From Sminthopsis crassicaudata (Eukaryota): 64,000 bases of DNA. A program made the translations under genes and the position numbers. Shown piece by piece: positions 32,501-54,499 of the stretch (its first letter is position 1; each line of letters begins with the position of its first letter). The notes beneath the pieces are model-generated. The model searched no databases and had not been told where the DNA came from. It was given only the letters and a program-made list of their open reading frames with translations. The DNA lies in assembly GCF_048593235.1 (NCBI RefSeq), contig NC_133619.1, positions 645,336,558-645,400,557 of the forward strand. The letters run 5' to 3'.

Positions 32501-33735
32501 GGGGGGCTGGGAGACCAGGAGCCTCGAGGGGGTGGGAGTCAGGGCATCGGGCCGTGCTGCAGGAGAGGAGGGGGCCGGGGGCCCAGCCCCGCGCTTTCCG
32601 CAGGTCAGGGATCCTCAGAGAAATCGGACCCCGGGAGCCGAGCTCCGGGCCGGCTGGGGGCGGGGGTGCGGAGGGCCAGCGCCAGGGAGCCCTCGGTCTA
32701 GGGGAGCCCGCCGTCCCCGGCGGCCCACCGGGCACTTCTGTCCCGGGCCGGCTGCCGTGGCCCCCGCCGGGGCCGGCGCCCCTCAGCAAGGTCCAGTCCT
32801 CGGCCCAGCTGCCCCGGAGAAAGCGGGCGGGAGGCCTGCCAGCCAGGACGCCTGGGTCCCTTTCCGGGCTGGAGCCTGACCCGCCCAAGGTGGCCTCCCT
32901 CTCCAAACAAAACTCAGGGAAAGCGGAGAAAACAAAGCAAAAGTCCCTTTTAACTTTCACTGAAGCGGCGTTTGGCCAATCCAAAGGGGAATGCTCCGTG
33001 ACGTCATCGGTCTCTGGTCAGACTCTCTCCCGGTGGGGATGGGGGAGCGGGGAAGGGAAGCAGAGGAGCCTGGGAGGAAGGGGAGAACAGGAGAGGGATG
33101 GGGAGAGATGGAGACAGAGAGACGGGCTAGAGATGGAGAGGAGGGAGGGGAGCATGGGAAAGGGAGGGGGAAGGGGGGGAGAGGGGAAGGAAGGAGGAAG
33201 GGGAGGGGTGGGAAAGGGACGGGAAAGAGAGGAGGGAGAGGGGAGGAGGAGGGAAGGGAAGAAGGGGGAAGGGGAGGGGAAGGAGGAGACACAGGGGAGG
33301 GGAGAGAGGAAGAGACCAGGCAGGAGGGCCAGCGAGAGGAAGGAGGGATGCCCAGAACCAGACGTGAGAGAGCAAGGGCCAAGGCTGAGGCCCGACCTCC
33401 AGGAACAAGCAGCCCCGGCCCGGGAGCTCAGCGGGCTCAGATTTCCGGGCCAGAGACCCCAGGCGGGGGCGGGGGCCGCCAGAGAAAGAATGGTGTTGGA
33501 GACAAGGGGTGCAGCAGACCCAGCCTCAGTTTCCCTGGCTGTCACGTGAGGCAGAGAAGGCAGTGGCGCCCGGGTCCTGGCCGGGAAAGCCCGGCGGGTC
33601 ATGGTCAGACAGGGCCGAGGGACCGGTGCCCTGGGAGCCCCCCCCCTTCCCCGGTGTGCGGTCCCCGCTGAGCGTTGGGGTTCGCCCAGGCCGTTCCCCA
33701 AAGCGACAGCTCAGGCTCGAGAGTGTTCATGGTGT

Positions 33736-33741
33736 TTTATT
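33736..33741 (-). terminator. SPIB polyadenylation signal AATAAA
   Basis: tttatt on +, about 880 nt after the SPIB stop. Confidence 0.55.
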
Positions 33742-34619
33742 TGCAACGTTCCTCGAGGTGTGGGCTGAGACGTGGCCCCCAGCCCCCACGGGGCTGCCAG
33801 CCCCCCTTCTCCATAGGGGCTCTCGGGACAGGGTGGGGGCCTGTACCTCGGCGGCCCAGGGAGGAGAGGGGGGTCCTGGGGCTGGGGAGTGCTCCAGCGC
33901 CCACAGAGGGTGCTCCTCGCCCTCAGAGGCAGTCCCCCCCCAGCATCTAATAACTTAGGGCCTCCAAGGCAGTCAGAAGCAGAGATGCCAGCTAGCCAAA
34001 CTCCCTTAGGGAGAAACTGAGGCGCAGAGAGGGTCACACGCAGGGAGACTTGGGAGCAGCAGACTGGAAGTCCTTTACACAAGGGGAAACTGAGGCTGCC
34101 TGGGACACCCTTGGCTGAAGAGGGAGGTCAGGGCTGGAGCAGCCAGGACCCGAATCTGGGTCCGCCGGAGCATGTATCCCCTTGCCCCCTCCCCCCCCCC
34201 CCCGTTGCCTCCCTCAGCCCTCCGGTCCAACATCTCGTCTCAGGTCTTGGCAGACCCTGTGCCCACGACTTCCCGGGGCCTGGGGCCTCAGCGCTGGTGG
34301 GGAGGGGGCGAGGAGGGGCCAGCCCAGGCTGGGTGGCTCAGGGGGGAGGCGCTTGGAGCAGGGGCCCTTGGGGCCCCCCACGGTCCCAGAGCTCATCGGC
34401 TGAGTCGTCCTGCCCCCCCCCCCCGCCCCGGACTCGCCCATTGGGGGCAGGGGCACACCGGTGCCGGCTCCCTCAGCCCGGATGGGAAGGGGGTTCTTTC
34501 AGTCTCCCCTCCCCGTGGGTGCCAGGGATGCCCTTTTAGGGTTTGGAGGGGGCTCCCCCGGGGCGCAGGGATCCTCGGGCCGCAGCAGGGGGCTCCCCCA
34601 GTGGGAGGCACAGGCACCC

Positions 34620-37600
34620 TCACGCCCGCCGGGGGCTCAGCAGGGTGCTGTCGAACTGGTAGGTGAGCTTCCTCTTGACCTTGCGGATCTCCCCGGTCTT
34701 GGCGTAGTTGCGCAGGGCGCGCGCCAGCTTCTGGTAGGTCATCCGCTTGCGGTTGCCCTTCTGCTGGCCCCAGAGCCGGGCCAGGGCCTCCTTGTGCTTG
34801 GAGGAGAACTGGAAGACGCCGGCGCCCGGCTCCACCCACCACACGCACTCCCGCATGTCCCCCCGCGTCAGCAGCCCCAGCAGGAACTGGTAGAGGCGCA
34901 GCTTCTTCCGGGCACCTGGGGGGAGGGCAGCGTGGCTGGCACGGGGGCCCTGCGGGAGAGCCCCCCGCCCGGCCCACAGCCCGGCACAGAGACTTCGGGG
35001 GCCGTAACCAGTTACTCCTGCTTAATAGACACCAGGCGGGTTCCCTGCAGAACCGAAAAGGCTGAGGGCGAGCCCCCCTGCGGCTCAGCAGCCTGGGCTG
35101 AGTGTCGAGGGTCCCCACCCTAGTTCCAGCTCTGCTTCCCACTCCGCCGGGCCTTCCCCCCGCCCTGGGACCACTTCCTGGTCGGGGAGAGACCGGGAGG
35201 GTCCCTACGGTCCTGAGGCCCCAGCGCTGGGTGCGGGGCCTGACTGGGGGCTCCCCAGGGCCCCGCTTTGTCTGCTGCTCAGCAAGTGGGGCTGCACCAG
35301 GCAGCGGTCGTGGGGGGGGGTTCCTTCCCCGGGGAAGAACAGGGCCAAGGGGGCAAAGGGCAAAGACACCCACTGAGGCTGGTGCAGGAAGTTCCCGGGA
35401 TGAGAGTGGGGGAGGGTCTGCCGGAGGAGCCCGATGGCCTAGGGGCCCTCCGACTGGGGGGGGGGGTGATGCCCCCCACACTCAGGGCTGGCCTCTTCCC
35501 AGCCCAGGGGCTCCCAGGTCAGCCCCTCCCAGCAGACCTGCACCCACTGCCCTCTCTCCCCCCTCCCCCCACGTGCAGACCTCCCTCACCTGCATCTGCT
35601 CCCTCCCCTCCTTCCTCATCTCCCCCCTCCCCCCATGTGCAGCTCCCCCTCACCTGCATCGGCCCCCCTCCCTTCCCCGGCAGCCGCCAGGCCCTCTTCC
35701 GCCTCGCTGTCGGACACCTCCAGGGCCGGGCTCTCCATCGGGAACTCCTCATCCTCAGACGCGCCCGGGCTGGGGAAGGGGGCGAACGGGGCCTGCGCCT
35801 GGGAGCACAGGGGGGAGCAGGACAGAGCTGGTGGGCCTCGGCTCCCCTCCCCCTCCTCTCCAAGCCCCTGGCCCGGAAGCTCCCTCTCCCCTCACTCTGC
35901 CAGAGAAGCCCCTCGAGCCGCCCCCCCCCGCCCCCTTTGGTGGGACCCGAGGAGGGTGTCGGCCCGAATGTCCACCCCCCCCGCCCCCTTTGGTGGGACC
36001 CGAGGAGGGTGTCGGCCCGAATGTCCACCCCCCCCCGCCCCCTTTGGTGGGACCCGAGGAGGGTGTCGGCCCGAATGTCCCGCCCCCCCCCCGCCCCCTT
36101 TGGTGGGACCCGAGGAGGGTGTCGGCCCGAATGTCCACCCCCCCCCCGCCCCCTTTGGTGGGACCCGAGGAGGGTCTCCGGGCCCCGAATGTCCCGCTGC
36201 CCCTCCCCCGCTCCTTGCCCCTCACCTGCCCCCCGAAGTCCTCCTCGGGGTAGCTGAGCCCCGGGCCCGGCTGCGGCTGCCCCCCGGGGGCGTAGCCCAG
36301 GGGCAGGTAGGAGAGCGGGACGCCGGGGAGCGGGCCCAGCGGGGGCGCCGAGGGCTCAAAGGGCTCGTAGGCCAGGCCGGGCGGGGGGGCCAGGCCGGTC
36401 GGGGGCTCTGTCCAGCCCCACAGGGAGTCTGGGGAGGCAGGAAGGACTCAGGGCGCCGGGAGACCGGCCCGGGCACAAAGGGGCGCACGGGGGAGGGAGG
36501 GGCGCGCCCGCATCATTTGCATCCGTGGGGAGGGAGCGGGCTATCCACAGATCCCTGCGGGGGGGGGGGGGAAGGGGATGAAACAAATGGGGCGCACAGA
36601 GGGAGGGGGCTGGGGAGGGGCACGGAGCCTGGCAGGGGAGAGGGAGAACTGGGGAGGGGGAAAGGAAAGGCCATAGGAAGAAGTGAGTAGAATGAGCCGC
36701 TTGGCCAGGGGCCGGGCCCCCGAGGATGCAGGGGGTCGGGCGTACTTACCCACCATGCCTTCGGGCTCCAGGTAGCTCGGGGGTTTGCTGCTGTCCAGGT
36801 CGTAGAAGACCCCATCTGAGTACTGAGGAGGGCACCGGAGGGTCGGGGGCGCGCCCACGGCCCGAGGACGCCCCCCTTAGGGGCTCCCCGGAGGGAGGGG
36901 GGGGGCCGGAGAGAAGCCCCGAGCGGAGACAGCGGGAAGCTGGCGGGGGAGGGGGGGGCGGGGCAGCGCTGGGTGCGAGATCAACTTACCTGGCAGGAGA
37001 ACTGGGAATCCTCCAACCTGGGGAGAGAGCGAGCGGTGGGACGGGGCGCCCAGCGGGCTCTAGTCCCTCCGTGGCCTCTCCCCCCGCCCTTCACTTTCCC
37101 TCCTGAGCGCGGGCCCCGCACCATTCGCACTCTCCCTCCCGTGGCCGCCGGACCCGGGCCCCTCACTCCCCCAGGGCCTTGTTCCCGCGCCCGCCCTCCG
37201 CCCCGGGGTCCCCGCTCCCCTCCCCCCAGCACTGCCGCCTTGCGGTTTGTCTCCTGGAGAGGACGGAGACTGGGGGGGGGGGCGGGCCTGCCCTCCCCCA
37301 CCCGGGGCCTCCCGAACAGGAAGGGGGGCAGGGGGAGCCTTGCACGGAAATATCCCGGGGGAGATTTGCATGGGCACAGGCTGGGGTGGGGGCGGGGCCG
37401 GTTAGTGAAAGTGGGAGAGAAAGTGTGGGGGCGGGGGAGGAACTGCCCCAGCCTGGGGAAAGTAACGGGGCCGAATGGAGATCCAGGGGACAGCCGGGCA
37501 AGAGATGGGGAGAGCAGGAGAGGGAGGNNNNNNNNNNNNNNNNNNNNNNNNNNNNNNNNNNNNNNNNNNNNNNNNNNNNNNNNNNNNNNNNNNNNNNNNN

Positions 37601-38037
37601 NNNNNNNNNNNNNNNNNNNNNNNNNNNNNNNNNNNNNNNNNNNNNNNNNNNNNNNNNNNNNNNNNNNNNNNNNNNNNNNNNNNNNNNNNNNNNNNNNNNN
37701 NNNNNNNNNNNNNNNNNNNNNNNNNNNNNNNNNNNNNNNNNNNNNNNNNNNNNNNNNNNNNNNNNNNNNNNNNNNNNNNNNNNNNNNNNNNNNNNNNNNN
37801 NNNNNNNNNNNNNNNNNNNNGGAGGGAAAGAGAGAAGGAAAAGAGGGAAGGAGGGAAGGGGAGAAAGAGAGGGAGGGAAGGGGGAGACACAGGAGAGAGC
37901 CAGAGCCAGAGCGCGGAGCGGCAGCGCCGGAGGGACCAGGCAGAGGCCGGCGGCCCGGGCGCACCGGGGGGAGGCAGCGCGGGGGCGGGACGCAGGCCCG
38001 GGGTCCTCACTTACTGCGCAGCCTCCAGGGTGAGCAT
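34620..38037 (-). CDS. SPIB: Spi-B ETS transcription factor, 6 coding exons, ~255 aa
   Basis: Exons 38037-38015 (MLTLEAA), 37017-36990, 36822-36750 ([11 protein letters not shown]), 36428-36226, 35798-35654 ([10 protein letters not shown]) and 34915-34620 (ETS: [27 protein letters not shown]...[22 protein letters not shown]). Total 768 nt, in frame. Confidence 0.97.
35921..36195. repeat. ~52-55 bp minisatellite x5 in SPIB intron 4
   Basis: cccccccgccccctttggtgggacccgaggagggtgtcggcccgaatgtccac repeated. Confidence 0.93.
37346..37371. promoter_or_regulatory. kB-like site plus octamer in SPIB intron 1 (candidate internal B-cell promoter or enhancer)
   Basis: GGAAATATCCC (37346-37356) next to ATTTGCAT (37364-37371). 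A further ATTTGCAT lies at 36515-36522 in intron 3. Confidence 0.5.
37528..37820. other. Assembly gap (293 N) in SPIB intron 1, within purine-rich sequence
   Basis: Run of N with GA-rich flanks on both sides. Confidence 0.99.
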
Positions 38038-38059
38038 GGCGGGGCAGGGTTCGGGGTTG

Positions 38060-38190
38060 GCACTGGCTCCGGGCTGGCATTGCCCATCACCTTATAGGCG
38101 GGAGGGGCGGGGCCGGTGACCTCACCGAAAATCCCCTCCGGGGGGAGCCTGCCGACGGGGGAATTGCTCAATGGGTCACGTGACGGGGGC
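38060..38190 (-). promoter_or_regulatory. SPIB proximal promoter
   Basis: TATA-like CCTATAAG on - (~38091-38098), GC box (~38104), kB-like GGGGATTTTC on - (~38128-38137) and palindromic E-box GTCACGTGAC (38175-38184). Confidence 0.6.
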
Positions 38191-39056
38191 TGGGAGGGTA
38201 GCGCAGGCTCCCGGCCCCCTCCATTCTGGGGTTCCTGAGGCAGATTTCGGGTGAGGGGAGAGCCAGGCTTGAGTTCTAGTCAGACCCGCGCCCCGAGGAC
38301 GGGGGCAAAAACGAACCGGAGGGCTCCTGGGGCCCAAGCCCCCAGGGGACAAGGAGGGCGGAGGGGGCTCCCTGCCCCCGCGGGCAGACCCCCCCCCTAG
38401 CTTTCCAGGTGAGGGACTTGTCCAGGACCACAAGGCCCATGGATCCTCTGGATCTTGGCTCCCACCACCCCCACCCCCCAACCGAGTCTTCCCAGCTCCC
38501 CAAGGGCTTTCCTTGGCCAGGGCATCACTGGGGGGGGAGTGGCCTGAGGCCCCCCCAAAACCAGTAAGGCGGGGGAACACCGTGGGTGTCCCAGAGCCTA
38601 CCTGCCTCAGTATCCCCACCTGTAAAATGGGCGTGCCCCAGGGGAGTCACTGTCTGCCTCCAGGGGGGGTCTGTGACCCCAGAGCCTCTCCCCACTCTCA
38701 GCAGAGGAGGAAGCCAGCAAGGCTGCTCCAGAGGGAGGAAGTGGGGGCACCAGCCCCACCCCTCACCCCCAACCCAATGCCAGAGTATGTGGAGCTCAAT
38801 TCCTGGGGCCCACATCCCCAGTTGGGGGGGTCACAGCACTTCCAGGGGCCCCGAAAGGGTCTTACCCCTGGAGATTTCTCCACCATCCGCCCCTAGCGGG
38901 CAGCTGCTGCATCCCTGCACCAGACCCGTATCCAGGCTGCCCCATCCTAGTTGCATCAGCTCCCGGGGACTCACTCCTCTGCGCTATGGTGGCAGCGGCC
39001 GGCGGGACCCTCCCCCACCCCTCCCAAAGAACCACACGGGGAGGCCGCAATAACAC

Positions 39057-39062
39057 TTTATT
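39057..39062 (-). terminator. POLD1 polyadenylation signal AATAAA
   Basis: tttatt on +, about 22 nt after the stop. Confidence 0.75.
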
Positions 39063-39084
39063 GAGGCCGACGGGCACTTGGCCG

Positions 39085-48902
<9,818 letters not shown>

Positions 48903-48964
48903 CTGCCGGAGGGGGAGGGGGGCCTGGCTCAGGCCCCTGCCTCGCCCGGCCTTTACCCCTAGTC

Positions 48965-49130
48965 CCCTCCTCGGCCCTCCCCTCCGCGCTCCTCCCGGTG
49001 CCCCTGCGCTCCTCCGTCTCCTCGGGCTCCTCCCGGTGCCCCCGCACTCCTCGGGCTCCTCCCGGTGCCCCCGCACTCCTCGGGCTCCTCCCGGTGCCCC
49101 CCGCGCTCCTCCCGTGCTCCTCCCGCACAG
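48965..49130. repeat. ~29 bp C-rich tandem repeat in POLD1 intron 1
   Basis: ctcctcgggctcctcccggtgcccccgca, about 4 copies. Confidence 0.8.
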
Positions 49131-49249
49131 CTCCCTGCTCCGGCCCCTTCCTCCGATCTGGCCTCTTTCCCAGGGCCCTCCCCAGCCCCCCGCCGCCGCC
49201 TACCCCCAGCCCCGCTCACTCCCAAGCTCTCAGAGCAGCCTGGGCTCCT

Positions 49250-49510
49250 CTCTCCCGGGCTTGCGTTTCCCGCCACCGGCGCTAGTTGTCCTCTGACCCC
49301 TGCACGCGCAGAGCGCCGAGCGCGGCCATGTCGAGCGTGGCTGGGGCCTAATTGGCCGCCCCGTCAGCGCGCAGACGCAGTCGCTACGCTAGAAGGGGCG
49401 GCGGAGACGGCGTGCGCGGGTCGCCATGTTTAGCGTGGCGGAAGCTAAAGCCAGCCTTCCCATTGGCGCAGTGACTCCCTCGGATCTCTAAGCCCGCCCC
49501 CGTTTCTGGG
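49250..49510 (-). promoter_or_regulatory. POLD1 CpG-island promoter / non-coding exon 1 region
   Basis: E2F site TTTCCCGCCA (49266-49275), CCAAT boxes on - (~49350 and ~49462) and a GC box near 49494. The ATG exon begins exactly at an acceptor (cag|ATG), implying an upstream non-coding exon. Confidence 0.65.
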
Positions 49511-50235
49511 GAAGAGCTGCTGAGCCATGGAGGGAGAGCGTCCTGCCTTGGGAAAGCTAGGGCAGGATGCGGAGGCAGGGGAGGCCGTTCCTGGGCCGCA
49601 GTCCGTCGGGGGCCCGGCTGGCCGGGTGATCGTGGCTGCCTGCCTCAGCGGCCTCCTCCATAAAATGGGCTTCATCCAGGTGCGCCCCAAGGAAGGAATC
49701 CGTTTCAAAGGCTATTTGCCTCCCTCCCTCCGCGCCTGCTCCGAACTCCAAGGACGTTGTCCCCGCCTCAGGCTGGCTCTGGCCCGTTTTCCATTCCCGC
49801 CCAGCACAGGCTCTGGCACCCAGGAGGCGCTTAAGGCCGTTTGTGCACTGACTGCTTGCATGAGCTGCCCAACGGGGCCGCTTTGGCCTTCCCCTGTACT
49901 GTATGCCTGGGCATACAGTCAGCACCTAATAAATGCCTGGAAACTGCCAGAGCAGCACATGGGACAAAGCCTCAGAAAAACATACAGATGTTTCCCCGAA
50001 ACTTGTCCAATGTGTAACGGGCTATTTGGGGGGCCACCGACCTCCCTCCCCATCCCCGAGGCTCCCCTAAGAAGGCTCCCCGGAGGCGGGTGACCTCCCT
50101 CCCCATCACGGAGCCTGTTCAAAGACACAGAGCCCCCAGGCTGCCCTGCTCTTCTTTCCCCCAGGTCTGTCTCTGATCTTCCCACCCCGGGAGGCAGATC
50201 CGCTGACCAGAACTCGCTTCACTGGCTTTAAGGTT

Positions 50236-50266
50236 TTTATTAAGATTTTGCTTTGTTTTGTTTATT
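50236..50266 (-). terminator. NR1H2 tandem polyadenylation signals
   Basis: tttatt at 50236-50241 and 50261-50266. Confidence 0.65.
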
Positions 50267-50647
50267 AAATAAAAGGAGCGGAAGGGAAGGGCCCTCTCGT
50301 CCCTCTCAGGGCCACGGGAAACAAGACCTCAGGACCCAAGGTCTGGGCCCCCCTTGATCCCAGGCAGAGAGTCGGGTCACCCTCTTCCCTTCAAGGTGCA
50401 TTGCGCTGTGTAAGCAGGGGAGGACAGGAAAGGTGAGTGTCGGAGGTCAATGGTCAAGGTTAATGACCTGCCCACCCCTCCCCAGGAAGACAGTGTCAGT
50501 AGAGCCTGGGAACACCCGGTGACCGAGGCCCCTCCTGGGGAGCTCGCTGTGGGCGCTGGAGCCCAAGCCTGCTGCCGGAGCCGCCCCAGGGCGGGGCCCG
50601 AGGGGCAGGGGTGGCGCCGGGGCCGGCCCGGGGAAGCCGCTCCTCGG

Positions 50648-53095
50648 TCACTCGTGGACGTCCCAGATCTCTGACAGCAGTGGGGGGAGCTTCTTGTCTT
50701 GGAGGCGCAGGGCAAACACCTGCTCTGAGTGCACGGAGCTCAGCGTCCGCAGGCTCACCAGCTTCATCAGCATCCGTGGGAACCGGAGCTGGTCCTGGGG
50801 GACACGGAGGAGGGAGACGCCATTAGCGGGCATGGCCTCCGTGGCCTGGCCCGGGGATGGGGAGTACCAGGCAGCGCGCTACCTGTGGCATTTTGATGCG
50901 GGTGTAGGAGAGCAGGGCCTCCACGTAGGGCTGCTGGAGGGCCTCCACCCGGCCCGGCTCCTGCACGTTGGGCCGGTCGGCGGAGAAGATGTTGATGGCG
51001 ATGAGCAGCGCGTATTCGGCGTCATCCAGGCCCAGCCGCCGCATGGCCCTGGAGAACTCGAAGATGGGGTTGATGAACTCGACCTGCAGGCCTGCGGGAG
51101 GGGCAGAAGGCAGGCCTGCTGGCCGGCTCCATTCCAGGGGGGCACATCCCCCAAGATCAGCAGCCCCTGGGGGCCTTCCAGGCACTTGCTGGAAATGACT
51201 TGCCAGGGACAGCGCACAGTGGGTGCTTAATGGGAATGGCGCATAGTAGGTGTTTGTTGGGGAAGGCTTGCTAGGGACAGTGCACAAAGGACACTTGCTG
51301 GGGGTGGTGCACAATAGGCACTCACTGGGGGATGGCGCACAGTGGGCACTCACCAGAGGCCCACCCTTTACCCATGGCTCTCCCCTCCCCCCAGCCCCCG
51401 CACCAGCTCTGTGGAAGTCATCTTTGCTATAGGTGAAATCCTTCAGGAAGGTGATGCACTCCGTCTCATGGTTGTAGCGCCGTGCCGTCTCCAACAACAT
51501 GATCTGGGGGGACAGCAGGGGCATCGGCAGTGCAGCCTCGGTGCCCTGGCCTCCGGCAGTCCCAGCACCCCCTCCCCTTCAGGAGCCCCCCCGCCCTCGG
51601 CCGAACCTCGATGGTAGAGGCCTTGAGCAGAGCGATCTGGTCCTCGCGGCCCAGCTGCAGGAAGCCGGGCACCTGCTTGGCGAAGTCCACGATCTCCTGC
51701 ACCGAGATGATGGCCAGCTCCGTGAAGTGGGCGAAGCGCTGCTGCCGGGCATCTCTCGACTGGGGGTCGGCCCCCAGGGGCCAGGGCTGGCGGGGAGAGG
51801 CGTGGTGAGGTGGCGCCGGCCCCGGGGCCCTCCCTGCCCTGTTTCAGCCTCCCCTCCCCACTGGGGCAACAGCGGTCCTTACCGTGACCTTGGGCTGGTC
51901 GGAGAAGGAGCGCTTGTTACACTGCAGCTGGGCCGACACCAGCTGCTGGATCATGAGCTTCTGGTCGGGCGTCAGCTGGATGCTGCCGCCGTCGGCGGGG
52001 GACTCGGAGGAGGCAGCCGGGGAGCCCGCGGGCCCAGGGACAGGCGTGCCAGGGGCAGCCGTGGCCCCCGGGCTGGGCCCCGAGCCCGAGGGCTGATGCT
52101 TCTGGATCTTCTTCTTGCGGATCTGCTCCTCGGACAGCACGCCTGGGAGGAAGACGCCGGGGCCTGAGCACGTGCCCTGCCCCGTGCCCGCCCCGGCAGC
52201 CCCCCGGCCCCCCACTCACACTGCTCTCTCATGCCCGCCTCGCGGCACTTGCGCAGACGGCACTCCTGGCACTTGCGGCGCATGAAGGCGTTCATGTGGC
52301 AGGCGCCACCCCCGCGGCAGGTATAGCGCCGAGCACCTCCCCGCACCACGCTGCGCCGGAAGAAGCCTTTGCAGCCCTCGCAGCTGAGCACGTTGTAGTG
52401 GAAGCCCGAGGCCTTGTCCCCGCACACGCGGCACAGCTCGTGGCCCAGCATCTTGGGGGCCGGGCCCTTCTTGCGCTTCCGCTCGGGCTCCGGCTCCGGC
52501 TCCTCCACTGTGGGGGGTAGGGAGGGGGTGGGTGTGAGGGCCAGAGAGGAGGGAGGGGTGTGGGCTCATGGGCTCCTGAGGTGGGCGCAGGGGTCAGGGG
52601 GTCCCCGGGGTGGGCTAGAGGGCCGATGGGACGGGGGGAGCGAGGACAGGCAGGTCCTGGATCCTACCAACGCCACAGGCGGAGCCCTCGCCGGCCGCCA
52701 CGGCGGGGATGGGGCCGTCGGGCTCGGTGCTAGGGGGCCCGGTCCCTGTCATCCCCGGCTCTGCTCCCTCCTCCTTTATGCACTTCAAGGGCCCTTCGTC
52801 CTCATCTTCGCCTGGGGAGAGAGAGAGGCTGGGGGGGGCTGCCGCCCCGCCCAGAGGGACTCATCCACCTCAGCCCTGGCCCAGCCTAGGGAGCAGTTGG
52901 AGGACGCTCCTCTAGGGGGCGCAGGAGGAGGGGCGCCAGCATCCCAGACCGGAGTTCAAATCCTGCCTTTCACACTCCCGGTGACTCTGGGCCCACAATC
53001 CCGTCACCCATCTGTAAAACTCAGGGCGGGAAACAGCACTCACCATGGGCGGGAGCGGGGGCCACGGGGGTGCCAAGGATCCCAGGGGAAGCCAT
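50648..53095 (-). CDS. NR1H2: Liver X receptor beta; 8 coding exons, ~459 aa
   Basis: Exons 53095-53044, 52811-52668, 52507-52220 (C4 zinc fingers [25 protein letters not shown]), 52142-51883, 51786-51607, 51503-51404, 51091-50883 and 50794-50648 ([13 protein letters not shown]). Total 1380 nt, in frame. Confidence 0.98.
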
Positions 53096-53659
53096 GGTGG
53101 TCACCGCAGGAGAGCCTTGAGGAAAAGGGGGGCCCAGATGGGAAAGAGGTCTTCGTTCCCCCACGGCCCCTCCTACTGCCAGCCTTGCCCCCTCCCCACC
53201 CGTGCTGGGCCCCAACTCCCTCCTCAACGGCCCCTCCTGCTGCCTGCACCGGACCCTTCCAGATCCCAAATCTGCCCCTTCCTCGGCCCCTCCCCCTGAT
53301 CCAGGAGCCCCTGCAGAGGCTCCGCCCACCCAGACTGCCCCTCCCCCTGATCCAGGAGCCCCGCCCACCAGAGCTGCCCCTCAGCACCTCGGACCCCACC
53401 CCTACAGATCCCAGCTCCGCCCTCGTCTTTCCCCCTGGGCTGACCCCCCTCATTGCACTCCTTTATTAACCCCCTGGGACCCCAGACCTCCTGGAATCTG
53501 CGCTCCTGCTGCCAGGACCCCGCACCTCTCCGGATCCCAGTGCTGCCCCTCCCCTCCCTCTGCTCTAACTCCCCCTTTCCTGCCCCCCCCAGCTGGGATC
53601 CCGGCCCCACGCCCCCCCCTCACTCCTCCTGCACCCCCCTACCCCTCTTACCCCTCCCC

Positions 53660-54000
53660 CCTTACCCGATTCATGGCTGCGCACGCCGCGGCTCCAGTGC
53701 CGGGTGGGGAAGCTCCTCCTCGCGGCTGCCCTGTCTCCGTCGCTTCCCGGTCCTCAGCCTCCCGCCCGCCGCCTCCAGGCCGCCCCCCAAAGCTCGCCCC
53801 GCGAAAAGTAACTTCGCCACTTCTTCCGGCAACCCCAAATCTGCGTCACTTCCGGCCCGACTGGGGCGGAGGTGCACGTGACACAAGGCTCCGCCAGCCG
53901 GGGCGGAGTTTGAGTGATTTTTTTCCCCCTCCTCCCGCCCTACCCCGGAAGAAGGTCCTGACCGTCCCGGAAGAAGGTCCTGACTGTCTCGGAAGATCCC
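53660..54000 (-). promoter_or_regulatory. NR1H2 CpG promoter / 5' non-coding exon
   Basis: ETS-CRE composite TGCGTCACTTCCGG (53842-53855), GC boxes, E-box CACGTG (53875-53880) and several CCGGAAG sites. Confidence 0.6.
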
Positions 54001-54499
54001 TGGTCTGAGCTGGTCCGAGTCAGGGGGAGGCCAGACTCACTGCAGAGCCCAAACCGGCAGGCCGCTGACAAAGGCCCCGCCCCTCCCCGTGCGCAGGCGT
54101 GCTAACGCTCCCGGCCACTTGGGAATCTGCGGGCTGGTGAGGAGCGGGGCTGAAAAGAACGCTGTGTGCGGATCTGAGCCAGAGGCCTCACCCCGGGAGG
54201 TCCCCCAGGAGGGCGAACCCCAGGGCCAAACCCCCTTGGGGTGCTGTGTTCTAAAGGGGCCGCCCCATGGTCTCCACCCACGTCTTTCCTTCCTTCCACT
54301 AAGTTTGTCAGGTCCCTGGCCCGGGGGGAGGGGAGGGGTCCCCCTGCAGGGACGGAACCGCACGGGCCCCGGGACACTGAGGGGGGATGAGCTTAAAGAA
54401 AGAAAGGAACAGAAAGATCGCAGCCCCCAATCCCCGCGGCACCGAGCCCTGGCACAGGGGGCACGGGCTGGCCGCTGGGGAGCCTCCGGCCGCTCTGCC

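Noticed and set aside
36973-38119. ORFs spanning the N run
   Set aside because: Artefacts of translating through the assembly gap.
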